Made by a program: the position numbers and the translations under genes. Positions 1-12,900 of a DNA stretch of 64,000 nt are shown here, one piece after another; within the stretch, counting starts at the first letter, position 1; each line of letters opens with the position of its first letter. This stretch comes from Antedon mediterranea (taxonomy: Eukaryota > Animalia > Echinodermata): positions 25,665,648 to 25,729,647 of the forward strand of contig NC_092673.1 in NCBI RefSeq assembly GCF_964355755.1, read 5' to 3'. Below the pieces are notes generated by a model. The model saw only the letters and a list, made by a program, of their open reading frames with translations. It was not told the DNA's origin and did not search any database.

Positions 1-98
1 CGACGCAACGTAACGCAATCTACGCAACGTAAGAAAATGCCCTTCCACTCATTGGGTTTTCCCCCGCCTGCGTGAAAGCAAACCTACGATGTTTGCAG
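1..98. mobile_element. partial MITE (family B of the AGCTTGGTTCCCACT group)
   Basis: Similar to 4552-4630. Confidence 0.7.
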
Positions 99-734
99 CA
101 GGGTGTCACAAAACCTAAGATCACGAAAGCTAAGACCCCTTAGACCTAAGATCACGAGACCTAAGACCTAAGATTACCAATAGTTCTCTTTCGCACCTGC
201 CTTGTATTTTAACTCTAAATTTGTTGACCAACTTTCTCCTGAATACCACACCTTAGAATTAGCTTGAATGAAAAAGAATCAATAAAATAACAATAAATTC
301 TTTAAATAAATGGATGATTTTACAGACTGTTTTGTTATCGGTTCCCAGTTTAATACGCCTAAATTTAGTATTTTGTGGTATTATTGTGTAGTAGGAGAGA
401 TATTTGTTTATAATGTATAGGACAAAATCTAATTTATATTTTCATTATTATATATTAATTTTGTATTTAATTGTACTTTAAGGCAGGGCGCTGCAAAACC
501 ATGGCCATAGCATTGCGCAGGTTCAAGCATCTGTCGGATAAGGACTGTATACTGGAGGTCCGGTGTAAATCTAGTTTGCATGCCGTCCGGTGTACTGGTC
601 TATAATTAGTCCTTATCGTCGTGGGTAGTCGAATGAGCGCCACCGCTTAAACACGAAGGGAGTCTTGGTATAAAGCGCATTACAAATGCATCCATTACAT
701 TCTTATGCTTCTAATTATCTATCTGTAATTTCAG

Positions 735-932
735 ATGGGTATTTATTCTATGAGTGGATCGTCAGTTAATGTTTATGTAGATTCAAAGATTGTAGTATCG
801 TTTGCAATGGCTACGGTAGACGATATTTCAGAGCTCAATGACGGCCAAATCTACACTTGGTACGCTTCTTACACGTATAACGGCAATGAAATTAGAGCTT
901 CTACAACTTTGACTGCAAATTTTTCTGTAATA
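735..932 (+). CDS. mosaic protein exon (beta-rich repeat)
   Basis: tttcag|ATGGGT...GTAATA|gtaagt, phase 0/0. Confidence 0.8.
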
Positions 933-3900
933 GTAAGTTATTGTATTATTATAAATAAATTGTAATCGTTTTAAAGGACAACTCGACCGAGGAACATATT
1001 TTTACAATCGCGAGATTAAGGATATCGCGATGCACCTGTGACGTCACAGCAATTTACTGCGACGGCCGGCTGTACGGCGAGCGCGTGCGGCGATATCCTT
1101 AATCTCGCGATGGTTCTGAAATCATGTACATCCCTAACACGTTGTTAAAATATAGTCCTTGGGCAAGTTGTCCTTTGTAAGTTCTACTTGCCGGTTATCG
1201 AGAGTATGTTTTTGTACTATCCCCAACGTAAAACTGAATTATTAGAAAGCGGTGCCTATATGTCGGCATGATCAAGCGATTTGTGGTATATTTTGAAACA
1301 CCTTAATAGAACGAATCAAGTAACAAACAAAAAACAATAATATTGGTTCACCTTTACCGTTAAAACATTATTAATAGATTTTGGGCTACAAAAAATTCTT
1401 TTCTTTTCAATAAAAATGACAAGTTTCTACAATATATAATTTTCAAAGGTTACTCCAAAGTCGAGTTTGTGTTTGAGCTAACTGTTCTGAAATTGACCGT
1501 TTATTTTTATTTAAATAGATAGATAATGATATTAAACTAGACCTGGAACGTACAGAGGGAGATCAAGTGATGCATCCCGGTGATAAAATGTCTGTTTTGA
1601 TCACCGCCATCTTTCCTCAATATTTTTTCGGAAATATTCGACTAAAAGTGTCAACAGAGTATGAAACTGACCCCGAGATACGAACATTTGGATATTTCAC
1701 ACAAGAACCACAACTACAGGATAAAAGTGGTGCAGATATGCGGGATACACACAGTTATATTGCGTCTACGGTAAGAATTTGTGAATTAAAATGTAACCTT
1801 ACAAAGTATATTTTGATTTTGAATGCGCACCCCAAGGATGTATGCACACAATGTAAACACACAATACAGAAATTCCTTTTTTTTTATAAATAATTCCATG
1901 TTATTGTTTAAAATGGTAAAAGTTAAAAGCAAACAAATTGTGTGTTTTATGGTGTTTCCATCTCAACTGACATGCCTCATCGCAGACGGAAGGAACCCCT
2001 ATCATCACTTTCGTTTCGCCTATATATTTGTCTTTTCTTCTAGCGATATAAATATGCTGCTTATACTCGAAGTGAAGCAGATTTTTCTGCAAGCCTCGCT
2101 GAAGAACGAATGGTTAAAATAGGGTTAACATTCATTTTGACTAACATGGAAGATATACTTGACAATACGAATTATACTATGAATGCTACATTAACACAAG
2201 ATGGCGAAATTCTAAAAATTGCTCAACTTAGCTTTATTACGAATCTTACTACTGAGGTATGAGATATTTAGTTTATTTTAATCTTACATACTAATAACAC
2301 TGTCATAAAAGGATTTCTTTTGTTGAGCCTGGTTAGACCTTGGATGGGAGACAATCTAGGATTATCGGGTGCTGTATATGGAGCTGGCATTTTAAATCAG
2401 CATTGCTGACACTTATGGCAGCCCCTGCATCTAGTATCTGCCTTTCCTCTGGTGAAAATGGGCACTGGACGAGAGAAGCCCTTGGTCAATGTTAGGACCA
2501 ATCAAGGTGCTTTAAACAGTCCTGGCTTTGTTTGTATCAAAGCTGTTATAGTGGCGGTAATTATCGCTGTTGGTTTTGATTGAATAAAAAAAAAGAACAT
2601 ACCATTCACGTCTCTAACACATTGTCAACTTTCCAATAACCGAAATTGTACTGTACTGTACATTTGAATTATTGCTATTATTATTGCCTGAAGAATAGTG
2701 CAATCATGGTTTTTGTTAGCAAGAAGTGTCTTTTTTTTATGAACTCCATGCATAGCTTCTTAAAATGAATCAATTCTAGTGATAATGTCTTCATTAGAAC
2801 AATCAATTGTATACAAATAATGAATGTTTATGAGCCAAAGCCTACATTTTGATTCACATTGATTAAAACAAGAACATTTGGTATTAATAATTATATTAAA
2901 TATTATTAACCCATAATTTAAATTCCTTTCTGATCTAAATTATATCTCTCCAAAATGTACATCCATCGCGAAAACGTCATAACAATAACATTCGCGGCGC
3001 GAAAGTACAACATAGAATATGGCGCTGTTGTATTTTAAAAGCAATAGCATAAAAAACGAAAAAGGGTACTATTAAACGATCGTTTAATAGTGCGTACTAT
3101 TGCACGTCATGTGACCCACAATCGTCTAATCAAATGACAGGAATTTAATTAGGTGTTATATAGTAAGTATTTTTTAGAAGTCAACATTGTACCATAATGG
3201 GGTAAAATCAATAATAATTTCATTCATTAATAATATATATTTCTTTTTTGTTGTATATATGTATTATGTATCGAAGGTCTATTGATATTGCCTTGGAAGG
3301 ATAGTTCAAGCATAGTTTTTTGTTACCAAGGAGTGTAATTCTTTATGAGTATTTATCTGAAATAAATAATAAATAAACGAATTTATAATATAATTTTTTT
3401 TATTATTTTTCATTTGCCTTTAGGAGCCTTTTATTAATGCTACAGTAGATTTCCCGTCTGTTCTCTACTTTAACCAACCTGAAGCGATGTTAATAAATAT
3501 AAAAGTTAAAGGAAAGTCAGCGCACTGGATTACAGCCTATGTTGACTTTAATGGACTAAATGACATTGTTATATGCCAGAAAACATTTTACAATATGGGA
3601 ACCTTCTGTGCAGATTATAGATATATAGATATTGATTCAACAGCGTCGGGCGGTAAGAAGTACGACTTCGGGGCATTAATAAACTGCCGTAAGTTTTAAT
3701 TAATTTCTACTTAATTCATCTCGTTTGAATTTATAAACTATGTCCCAATAATATTATAAGCCGACAAGGAAGAAGAGGTTGGAACTGAGGTCAATCATTG
3801 GTACGCATTGCCATATGATTTGTTTAGTAAACGCAACAACAAAGTATCCCTGAGTGAGTGAGTGGCCGAGCGGTTAAGACAGTGGAACCGTAATTACGAA

Positions 3901-6900
3901 GCCAAGGGTTTGAGGCTCACTCACTCCATGGTTCTGGTGGTAGAACGAGTCTTCTCGGATAAGTACTATAAACCTAGTACATCTTTCGAGACGAGTAGGA
4001 GGGGTGGGGTAACCCCGGGGTTTACCCCGGTGTATTAGTACATCACAGTCACTAATAGCTGGGCTCTCTGAGAGACCAGTCTTTGACTGAAGAGGTCGCC
4101 CAGTATAAATAAAATATTCCATTCATACTTCAACATCTGTGCAAGTGTTTGAAGCAAAATTGAACAAGTTTTGGTCAAATAAGGACTTTAATATCATTCT
4201 GGGCTATCAGGCATAACTGATTGTGGGTGAAAAATTAGCCATGTTACCAACATCATAAGGGTGTCAACAAACAGAGATTCTTGTATAAGGCATAATTGGT
4301 AGTTAAGTTTGTTTAGATCGGAGTTTATTTTTATATTTCAGAAACTGATTCTGATGAAACGGAACTGGTTCTCTTTCTTGGACTTGTATTACAAAATAAA
4401 GTGACCAACGTAACAAACATCAACGTTACTATACATATAAACGGAGAGCCATTAGCATCGGACCGGGTAGACAGAGAAATACTAGTCGTCGGCTTGGAAG
4501 AAGAAAATGCTTACCAATTGGAATCCGTAAGATAAGCTTGGTTCCCACTGGCGACGCAACGTAACGCAAGCTACGCAACATAAGAAAATGCCCTTCCAAT
4601 AATGGTGTTTGCCCCCGCCTGCGTGAAATCAAACATGGTTGTTGCGCGTCAACGTTAGCGTGTCGGCGTAGACTTTGACCTTTTGTTCACCCCGCGTACG
4701 TGTTGTACTATATTTTCCGATCCAGTGGTATTTTGCCTTGCGTTGGTTGTTGCGTAAAATCAAACTGATTTTATTTCCCGTAGCGATGTTTGCAGCACTG
4801 TTGCGAAGCGTCGATCGTCGGTACCTTTCGTCGATACGTCGCTGGGTTACGCTGCGCTGCGTTCTAGTGGGAACCATGCTTTAATACTAAGTTCCACCTG
4901 CATAGAGGTGGGCGTAGTGTTAAAATATATTTTTACACATGTTAGCCCGATAAACACAGAAAATAAAGAAAGACCGATATTGGTTATAAGTGTCTAATAT
5001 GAATGGCAAGTCGTTGTTGCAACACCTAAAAGGAGAACATTAAAAATGGAACATAAACGAAAACAAAAATAATGAGGGAGAGGAGGGAAGGAAGTTGAAA
5101 TTAGTTTACTTGTTGACGTACCGGTTGACAGGGTGATGTAAATAGGAGGAGAGACGCTGTCAAAAGACGGGCGCCCCGCATTAATCTTTTTTTTGACACA
5201 TGTGAGCCCGATACACACACAAAATAAGAAAGTATACTGGAAAGTTGTACCCTAAAAAGGGTGTCCTCTGAATAGGGTAGTCCCCAAAGAGTGGGTCGTC
5301 CTTATTCCCCTTGTTTGTTTTACAGGAAAGTGCTCCTTTAATATGACTAATGATAATCATATTTATTCGGCAAAAGTTCTTAAAAGTACGTTTTACATTT
5401 CATCTTGCCAGGATCAAGTAATAGGCATGAGCCCAAACAGAAAACTGCTCTTACTCCATCATTATTATAAAATTAATAAAAACAAAACAAAACAAAGTTA
5501 TAATGGGATACACCAATTAAGAATAAGCTGCATTGAATAAACAATAGCCTATAAACAATTACAACATAATATTTTGAGATCAAATGTTTGGTGAGTTGGG
5601 CTTTTAAGTCTGAAATTATAGCTTTGTTTAATTTCATTGAGAAGTTGCTCCCATAAACTAGGAAAAAAACAAACGATGAATTTAAAAATGTATTGGTCTT
5701 AGCCTTCCAATATATTAAACGCATGCATGTATCAAATTCACACCTCTCACTTTATCTCACAAACTCATTAAAGGATGAGGGACAGATGCCATGCAATATT
5801 TTAAAGTTACCCAAAGGATGGGTCCTAATGTAGGCCTAGGTCCTTTGCTTTACACAATTGTTTTTTACATAACTGAATTTGTAGGGTTTTTCCGCTTCAG
5901 TATCACGAAGTATCATGAGAATAGATAGAAAGTTAACGTTTTTGTTTGTTGTTTAATACCTTATACCTCTTTTCTGAGGCATATGAAATTAATTGATAAA
6001 TAAAGAAATCGGATTCTAAATCAGCTACAGCATGTGGTTGCTAGCGCCTTTTTAGTGGATATGCGCTATATAAATTATTATTATTACATCTATTTACAGT
6101 ATGACCCTGACATTGAAGAACCAGTCGTGTCTTCCGTGTCATCAAGCTCGACATCTGGTGATCGGAGAACTGTTAATTTCTATCTCTCTATACCCGCATA
6201 TCAAAACCGCTCATACACACTAGTTCCGGAATGGAAATCACCGGAACTTGACAGCAGTAACTTAAGAATAACCTCAATAAGTAAATCTGATAACTTCGGA
6301 CAAAATATCCCATGTGTAGATAGAGAAATAACTGAAGGAATTCCAGGCAGAAGCGTAATGATGGGTAGAATGATCAACTCTGGTAAGTTGTACAAAGTGT
6401 CATGTTTTTCTTTTCGCTTGGGGCCATTTATTTATTTATTTAGGCCTATTCTGTCTTTATACTGAATGAAACTTTCAGTGTTAAATCATTGATTTCAAAC
6501 TGGTTCAGTAGAAAACAAATAAATAATACAAATGATTCAAAGACAACTAAAACATAGTAATTTATATTTATTTATTCACATAGGCCTACAAATAAAGTAA
6601 ATATATGTAGATTTTGTTGTTCTAATTGACAATTGACAATAATTACATTTGTTTCAAAACTGTAGGTCATAATGAAAAAAAGTTAAACTGTTCCAATTAG
6701 ATACGTCTGCATAGGCCTATATAAATAAGCAATATTGTTGTAAATTCGTATTGTAACATTTCTAATGGAAACATACAAATGATTTAAGTGTTTTCCATGA
6801 TTATATGAGTCGGGTTGGTGAACATCAGTCCAAAATACGCAGAATTTTTTCCAAAATACGTCAAGTTGAGGGTGCTATACTAATCCAAAATACGCGTGTC

Positions 6901-9900
6901 TTTCCAAAATACGTCGACTTGAGGGTGCTATTCATTTTCCAAAATACGCGAATTGTCCAAAATACGTTAACTTGAGGGCGCTATTCATTTTCCAAAATAC
7001 GCGATTTGTCCAAAATGTGTCATATTGAGAGTGTACTGAATAAAAACAAATATGTGCCAACATCAGTCAATAGACAGTGCCTATAATATAATAATGTCGG
7101 AACGATGTACGATTGCATTGCCAGACGTAGCTAGAAATGAGGCATAAACCGGCTAAAAACAGCATGTACAAGTATTGTCATAGGTGATGTGTTATATATT
7201 TGGTGATCTACAAAATTGATATTTTTCCCGAGCTCGATAGCCCAACATCGCTTTCAATTAATGGTTCATCTTTTCAATGTTGAAGATACAATTCTTTATA
7301 GTAATTTTTAAAACAGCCTCGCGTTTTGAAGGTTCGAATATTTTTTGGGAAAATTTGCGTATTTTGGAAAACTGTGCCTTCAAGTTGGAGGGTATGTCGG
7401 ATAACTTTCTTATTGTAGAAAATTAATAGCGCTACAAAAGTTGTTTTAAGTTGGATAACTCAAGTTGACGTATTTTGGAAAAATTCTGTGTATTTTGGAC
7501 TGATAGCGGATAATAGTTGGATAACTTTCAAATTTTAGAAAATTAATAGTGGCCTCAAGTTGACGTATTTTGGAAAATTACTAACGCTCTCAAGTTGACG
7601 TATTTTGGACAAATCGCGTATTTTGGGAAATTAATAGCGCCCTCAAGTCGACGTATTTTGGAAAGACTCGCGTATTTTGGATTAGTATAGCGCCCTCAAC
7701 TTGACGTATTTTGGAAAAAATTCTGCGTATTTTGGACTGAATTTCACCAACCCTATTGGATTATATCGGAATAGGCCTATAGAACATTTTGATTATCAGA
7801 ATAATTCGGTTGAGTAATTAAAAAAAAATCATATTTCTATTCCTTCCGCCTATTGTAAGGTGTGGCGCAGTGTGTTGGACGTTGGACTACTGATCGTGAA
7901 ACGCATTGCTTGTATCCTTAGGCAAAATACCTTACTTACGTTTGCCTCTCTCCACCCAGGTGTATACATGGGTACCCGGCTAGATTAAGACACAACTTTT
8001 TGATGATTACTAGCTGCATTATGGGAGTATGTTTCCATACGTGTTTGATGCAAAAATGACCGGAGTAATAATGTTCAGCGCTTAGAGGTTTCACAACATT
8101 AGGCGCTATGTAAATCCAGGATAATATTAATATAACTCATGCCCAATAAATGTGTGATGAATCGAACATTCTATACTATTTCACGTTTATATGTATTGTT
8201 ATTTAATAGGATATGTTACCAACAATGGGAATTACAACAAAATGAGAATTAGCGTGACTGTAGAGCATAATATGTGCAATCTGCATCCGTCGGGCTCAAA
8301 TGTATTCTATATACACGCCCATTATTCACCCACTCAGTCTGTAAAAGCTCAGTCATCTTTTACTTATAATCCAGACCCATCACCCGAGGTAAGCCTAATT
8401 TTGTTTTGAGAACCTGTATGCGCATTTGTGGCGTCCGTGTAGAGCAACTGGGGACCGAGTTTTGAATACGTTAAATACGTTGGGGACTAACTAAGCCTAG
8501 CAACCCTCTAAATAATCTAAAAACAAATGTATAAATACAAATTGGACGCGGCACAAGGACGTTAAAGTGGTTTGACCAATTATGACGCGTAGATCACCCA
8601 AACTATCGCTTGTGATTGGTCAACTCACTTGCGTCTACGCCTACCTCGTCGTGTTGCATCCAATGAAATGCAAGCTTAACAATATTATAAATTTACCTTT
8701 TCTCCTTGATATACTTGCTGATTTTACTCTCTTTTTCAGATCCCCGAAATACCTACACCGGATCCATACCCTTTGGAATGTTCACCGACTCCAGACGTTT
8801 TAATGTTTTCAAACGTGACATGCCGGATCATTTTATTGCTACGGGAATCACGAACGTCTGTATCAGTTGAAGTTCGTCTTAGAGAGTCCGCTTCAGAACC
8901 TATTCTATTCCATTTTGTACAAGAAACGTTCGATGTCCATACAATTGGTGACGGTTTAGATATAAATGACACCATTTCATTTAACGTCGATCCCGATGAA
9001 GACGGGTCTGCTAACAAAAAACTTGTTATCGAAATAGGCCCAGTCAACAAACTTGAATGTACGTAATTTTAAAATCACGTTCACCATTGCAATGTTTTTT
9101 TTGTATATTCATTTTTCATCCTGGATACATCCGGCCGAATGAGGACGCCTACATATTATGTTAATCTATATTAGTATTTGCCAACTCCCGTCCAGTATCA
9201 TCACGCAAAGTTTTGCTTCAAACTATTACAATTATTGATTTAAATTATTCAACAATTATTTGTCCTGTTAAAGTGACAACATCGTGTGTTCACTGTTCAA
9301 TTTTTTCCCGCATAAATCGTTTAGTTATTATTATTAGTCTGTCTGTTTGCTTGTTTTTATAGTTGCACCAACATGTCCAGAGAATTGGCTACTCGGTGGC
9401 AGCAAATGTTACGCTTACGTGGGGGAGAGCAGTGTATATTCTGATGCCGTTGGCATGTGTGAGCAATATAGCAGTACTTTGGTAATTGTTGAATCGTATG
9501 AGGAAAACATGTTTGTTCAGTTAGTGAATGGAACTGAACAGTTGGTGAATGAAACTGAACAGTTAGTGAATGTAACTGACAATGTAGTTTACATTGAGTT
9601 TGAAGGCATGTGGCTGGGATTGTCTGATTCATCGGTAGAAGGAGAATGGCGTTGGATTTCCGCAAAAGATGATTCTGTATATTCAAGTAAGACCACCATT
9701 AACATTAGAACGATATGTTCTTTATAATTTCTTACATTGAATACCGTGTTTCCGCGGCCATAACAAAATTATTGGTTAATTTGTTAACTAATCAGATAAT
9801 TATTTAAAAAATAAGATGCTCATGTGCAGACATTACCGACCAACCAATTAGCCAATCACACCGCAACGAATTTCCTTCAGGTCAAAAGTTAAAATTATCC

Positions 9901-12900
9901 GATATCCGATAATTATCTGATTTAAGATAATTAATTGGTAGGCCTACCATGTTTAAATTGTTTAAATTCACTTCATATTACCTTCTTTTTTCTTATATTT
10001 TTACAACATTATTAACATTCTAATAATCTTATCAAATTTAGACTGGAAATCAATTAAGACATGTGATTCTACTAAGAACTGCGCGTTTATGGATATAAAT
10101 GGAACATGGGTATCCAGATCCTGCGATGAAGGTTTAACTATGAATGTTGTGTGTGAACAAGGTATGTGATGGTTAAAAGAACGGATGAGAACACGTGTCA
10201 ACTTACGTGGACCAATCAAATTTCTTGAATGTTGTTCTAAAGTTGTAAATAATTTTACAATCCCAATTACGGGCCATAATTATCATAACAAAAATAAGAA
10301 TACCACATAAGAATTACGTAATAACACATTAATTTCTTATTTAGGAGCAACATTTACAAGCAGTGAGCGGTTCCAAATGAGCTTAAACTTCTCATTTAGG
10401 CCTTATTCAATCGGAGACTTCATTATAGAAGCTACCGTGGACCAAGACGGTATTCTTGAAAATACCGATGCAGCAGAAATCAGCGTATTCCGCCCAGAAG
10501 CAGCTAGGGCTGAATTAATGTTAACCTATGCCTTCGATTCTTCCCTATCATATACTGTACAGTAAGTATATATTATCAAACAGTCAGGCAGGATTCTTTT
10601 CTTGATCGAGTGCAGTGTTAACGGTATAGCTCGATTTTCGCAGGGCCTAATAAACACCAGGTTTTAAATTAATCTTTGCTGTCGAATAAACATAACAAAG
10701 ATGTAAACAAACGTTTTAGTGAGGGTTCTCTTTTATGTGTGAACATAAATGTTTATATGTACAACTTTATAAATTGTAAATATAATAATAAATTACTATC
10801 GTATGTATATTTTTGATGGGAAACACTGCTCAAATTAGTATAATAATAATAATAATAATAACAATAATAATAATAAAATAATATAATAACATAAACCGTG
10901 TCTACCATATTATCTAGAATGGTAATTGCAATCAACTACAACCTCTAGACCTAGACCACAGAGCGAATTGCTTGTGAGCAAAATTACTGCGAATTTGTTT
11001 TATTATAATTGTCAATGTCTTTTGCAGATCTTTGATTGAAATACACTTTACTCTAAAACCAACCATGCAATCGGCTATTACGGCCGCCAACGTGTACATA
11101 ATGTTTTATCTTCCGAAGTTATTTAATTATGTGTCCGCTAACTGCTCAGAAACTGTCATCCCAACAAACTATGGTGTTAAAATATTGGTGAGTTTTTTAA
11201 TAGAATGCGACATTTACTAATTGGATTGCTTCATTTAACAATAGATATCCCCTTAAATTAACGTAATATGAATGGACGAACACATGTCGAATAAATGGAC
11301 GAACACACGAATGAATGGACAAACACACGAATGAAAGGACGAACACACGAATGAATGAACGAACACACGAATGAATGGACTAACAAATGAATGAATGAAC
11401 AAACACATGAGTGATGAATAGATGAACAAACACCCGAATGAATGAATAGACGAACACACGAATGAATGGACGAACACAACGAATGATCGAAGACACGAAT
11501 GAATGGACGGACACACGAATGAAAGAATGAACGAACACAAATGAAAATAAGATAATCATCAGCAACTGATAAAACTCTATTGTTTGTTCATACTATCAAT
11601 AATTACATGGAATTGAATATAACATAATAATATGCAAATAATGAATGTTAATGAGTGGAATGGTACACATAATAGCATAAGGTGAATGCTAGGCGAAGTT
11701 GAAATATAATTTTTCATTATTGACCGAAAAAGCGAAAAGATTTTTTTTTCGTGCATGAAAGATCTGTAAAAGTACTATTGAACGACCGTTCAATATACTG
11801 CGTACTATTGCACGCCATGTGACCCGCAATCGTCTAATCAAATGACAAGAATTTATTTATATGTTATATAATATGTATAACTTACAAAGCTGTGAGACCA
11901 TACCAACTATGTATGCAACACTATTTAGCAACAAAATTGAAGTTCGCATAAGTTTCAGTATTTATTAATTTATTTGCTAATGTGAAATGTATCCATTTCT
12001 ATTAACAATTATGTGAGCTGTCCTTTCCTCCTTTTCTAGACGTCCAATATATTTCCAGGAGAAGAACCTCTTCAGTTTAAAGTAACGTTTTCTGTTTCAT
12101 CGGACGTAAGCCTATTTAAAGAGAAAAATATATGCAAAGGAACAATATTTGTCAGTACTGTTTACAACCAAACGTATTTTGAAGGAAGTGAATACGCAGA
12201 GAATCATTTATTTGAAATCAAAAATTTGATCACGATTGACGTTACTCATCCTGACTTAGGTACGTAGTGTGTTTGACGTACTGTGTGTAAATAACATTAT
12301 TAACACACATGCTTTTGTTTTAATGATGATGATCGGATGGACTTTAAGCCGCGTTGGTACCATGAATATGAAAACCAAAGTATGCGATAAATAACTACGG
12401 TTGCACATTATTCGAACAGAACATTATGGGATAATCTACCGATTTTCCCCAGTTTCCAGTTAAGCGTGGTTTCCATTTGTGACTACGCAATGTGTTACAT
12501 TAATACGTAGTTGCGTTGCGTCCTATTGGAAATATACATAATTATACATTGCCTTCTAACTCGAAAAAGTTTTATAGTTTTATATATTCAATTGATTATT
12601 ATACTGTATTTAAATTGTCTTATTTTTATTATTAATACTGTACATTAATTTCTAACCTTACAGGATTGGTCCCGCGCTGCACGTCACCCGTGGCACTTGG
12701 TATGGAAAGTGGCCGCATAAAAGACTGCCAGATTACGTCATCAGAAGCCCCAGATGAAGACGCGCCTGCGCACAATGCCAGGTTAAACATGACAAATACG
12801 GGTACTTTTTGTGCATCTGTTGAACTTGATTATAGATGCTATTTTATTATATATCTTTTGACAGGGTTTTTAAACACAAGTGCTGCAAAAGCCTCCCCCA

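Noticed and set aside
2326-2376. Functional 5S rRNA gene
   Set aside because: Only a diverged 3' half is present.
3855-3930. tRNA-like sequences here and at 7858, 17560-17627, 61768 and 62050
   Set aside because: No intact cloverleaf; they are SINE heads or fragments, not tRNA genes.
4429-4884. ORFs 4429-4632, 4629-4877, 4675-4884 and similar ones at 15215-15632 and 56264-56512
   Set aside because: They lie largely within non-coding palindromic MITEs.
11253-11565. Three overlapping minus-strand ORFs (HSFVCSSIHS repeats)
   Set aside because: Translations of an intronic 20-bp minisatellite.
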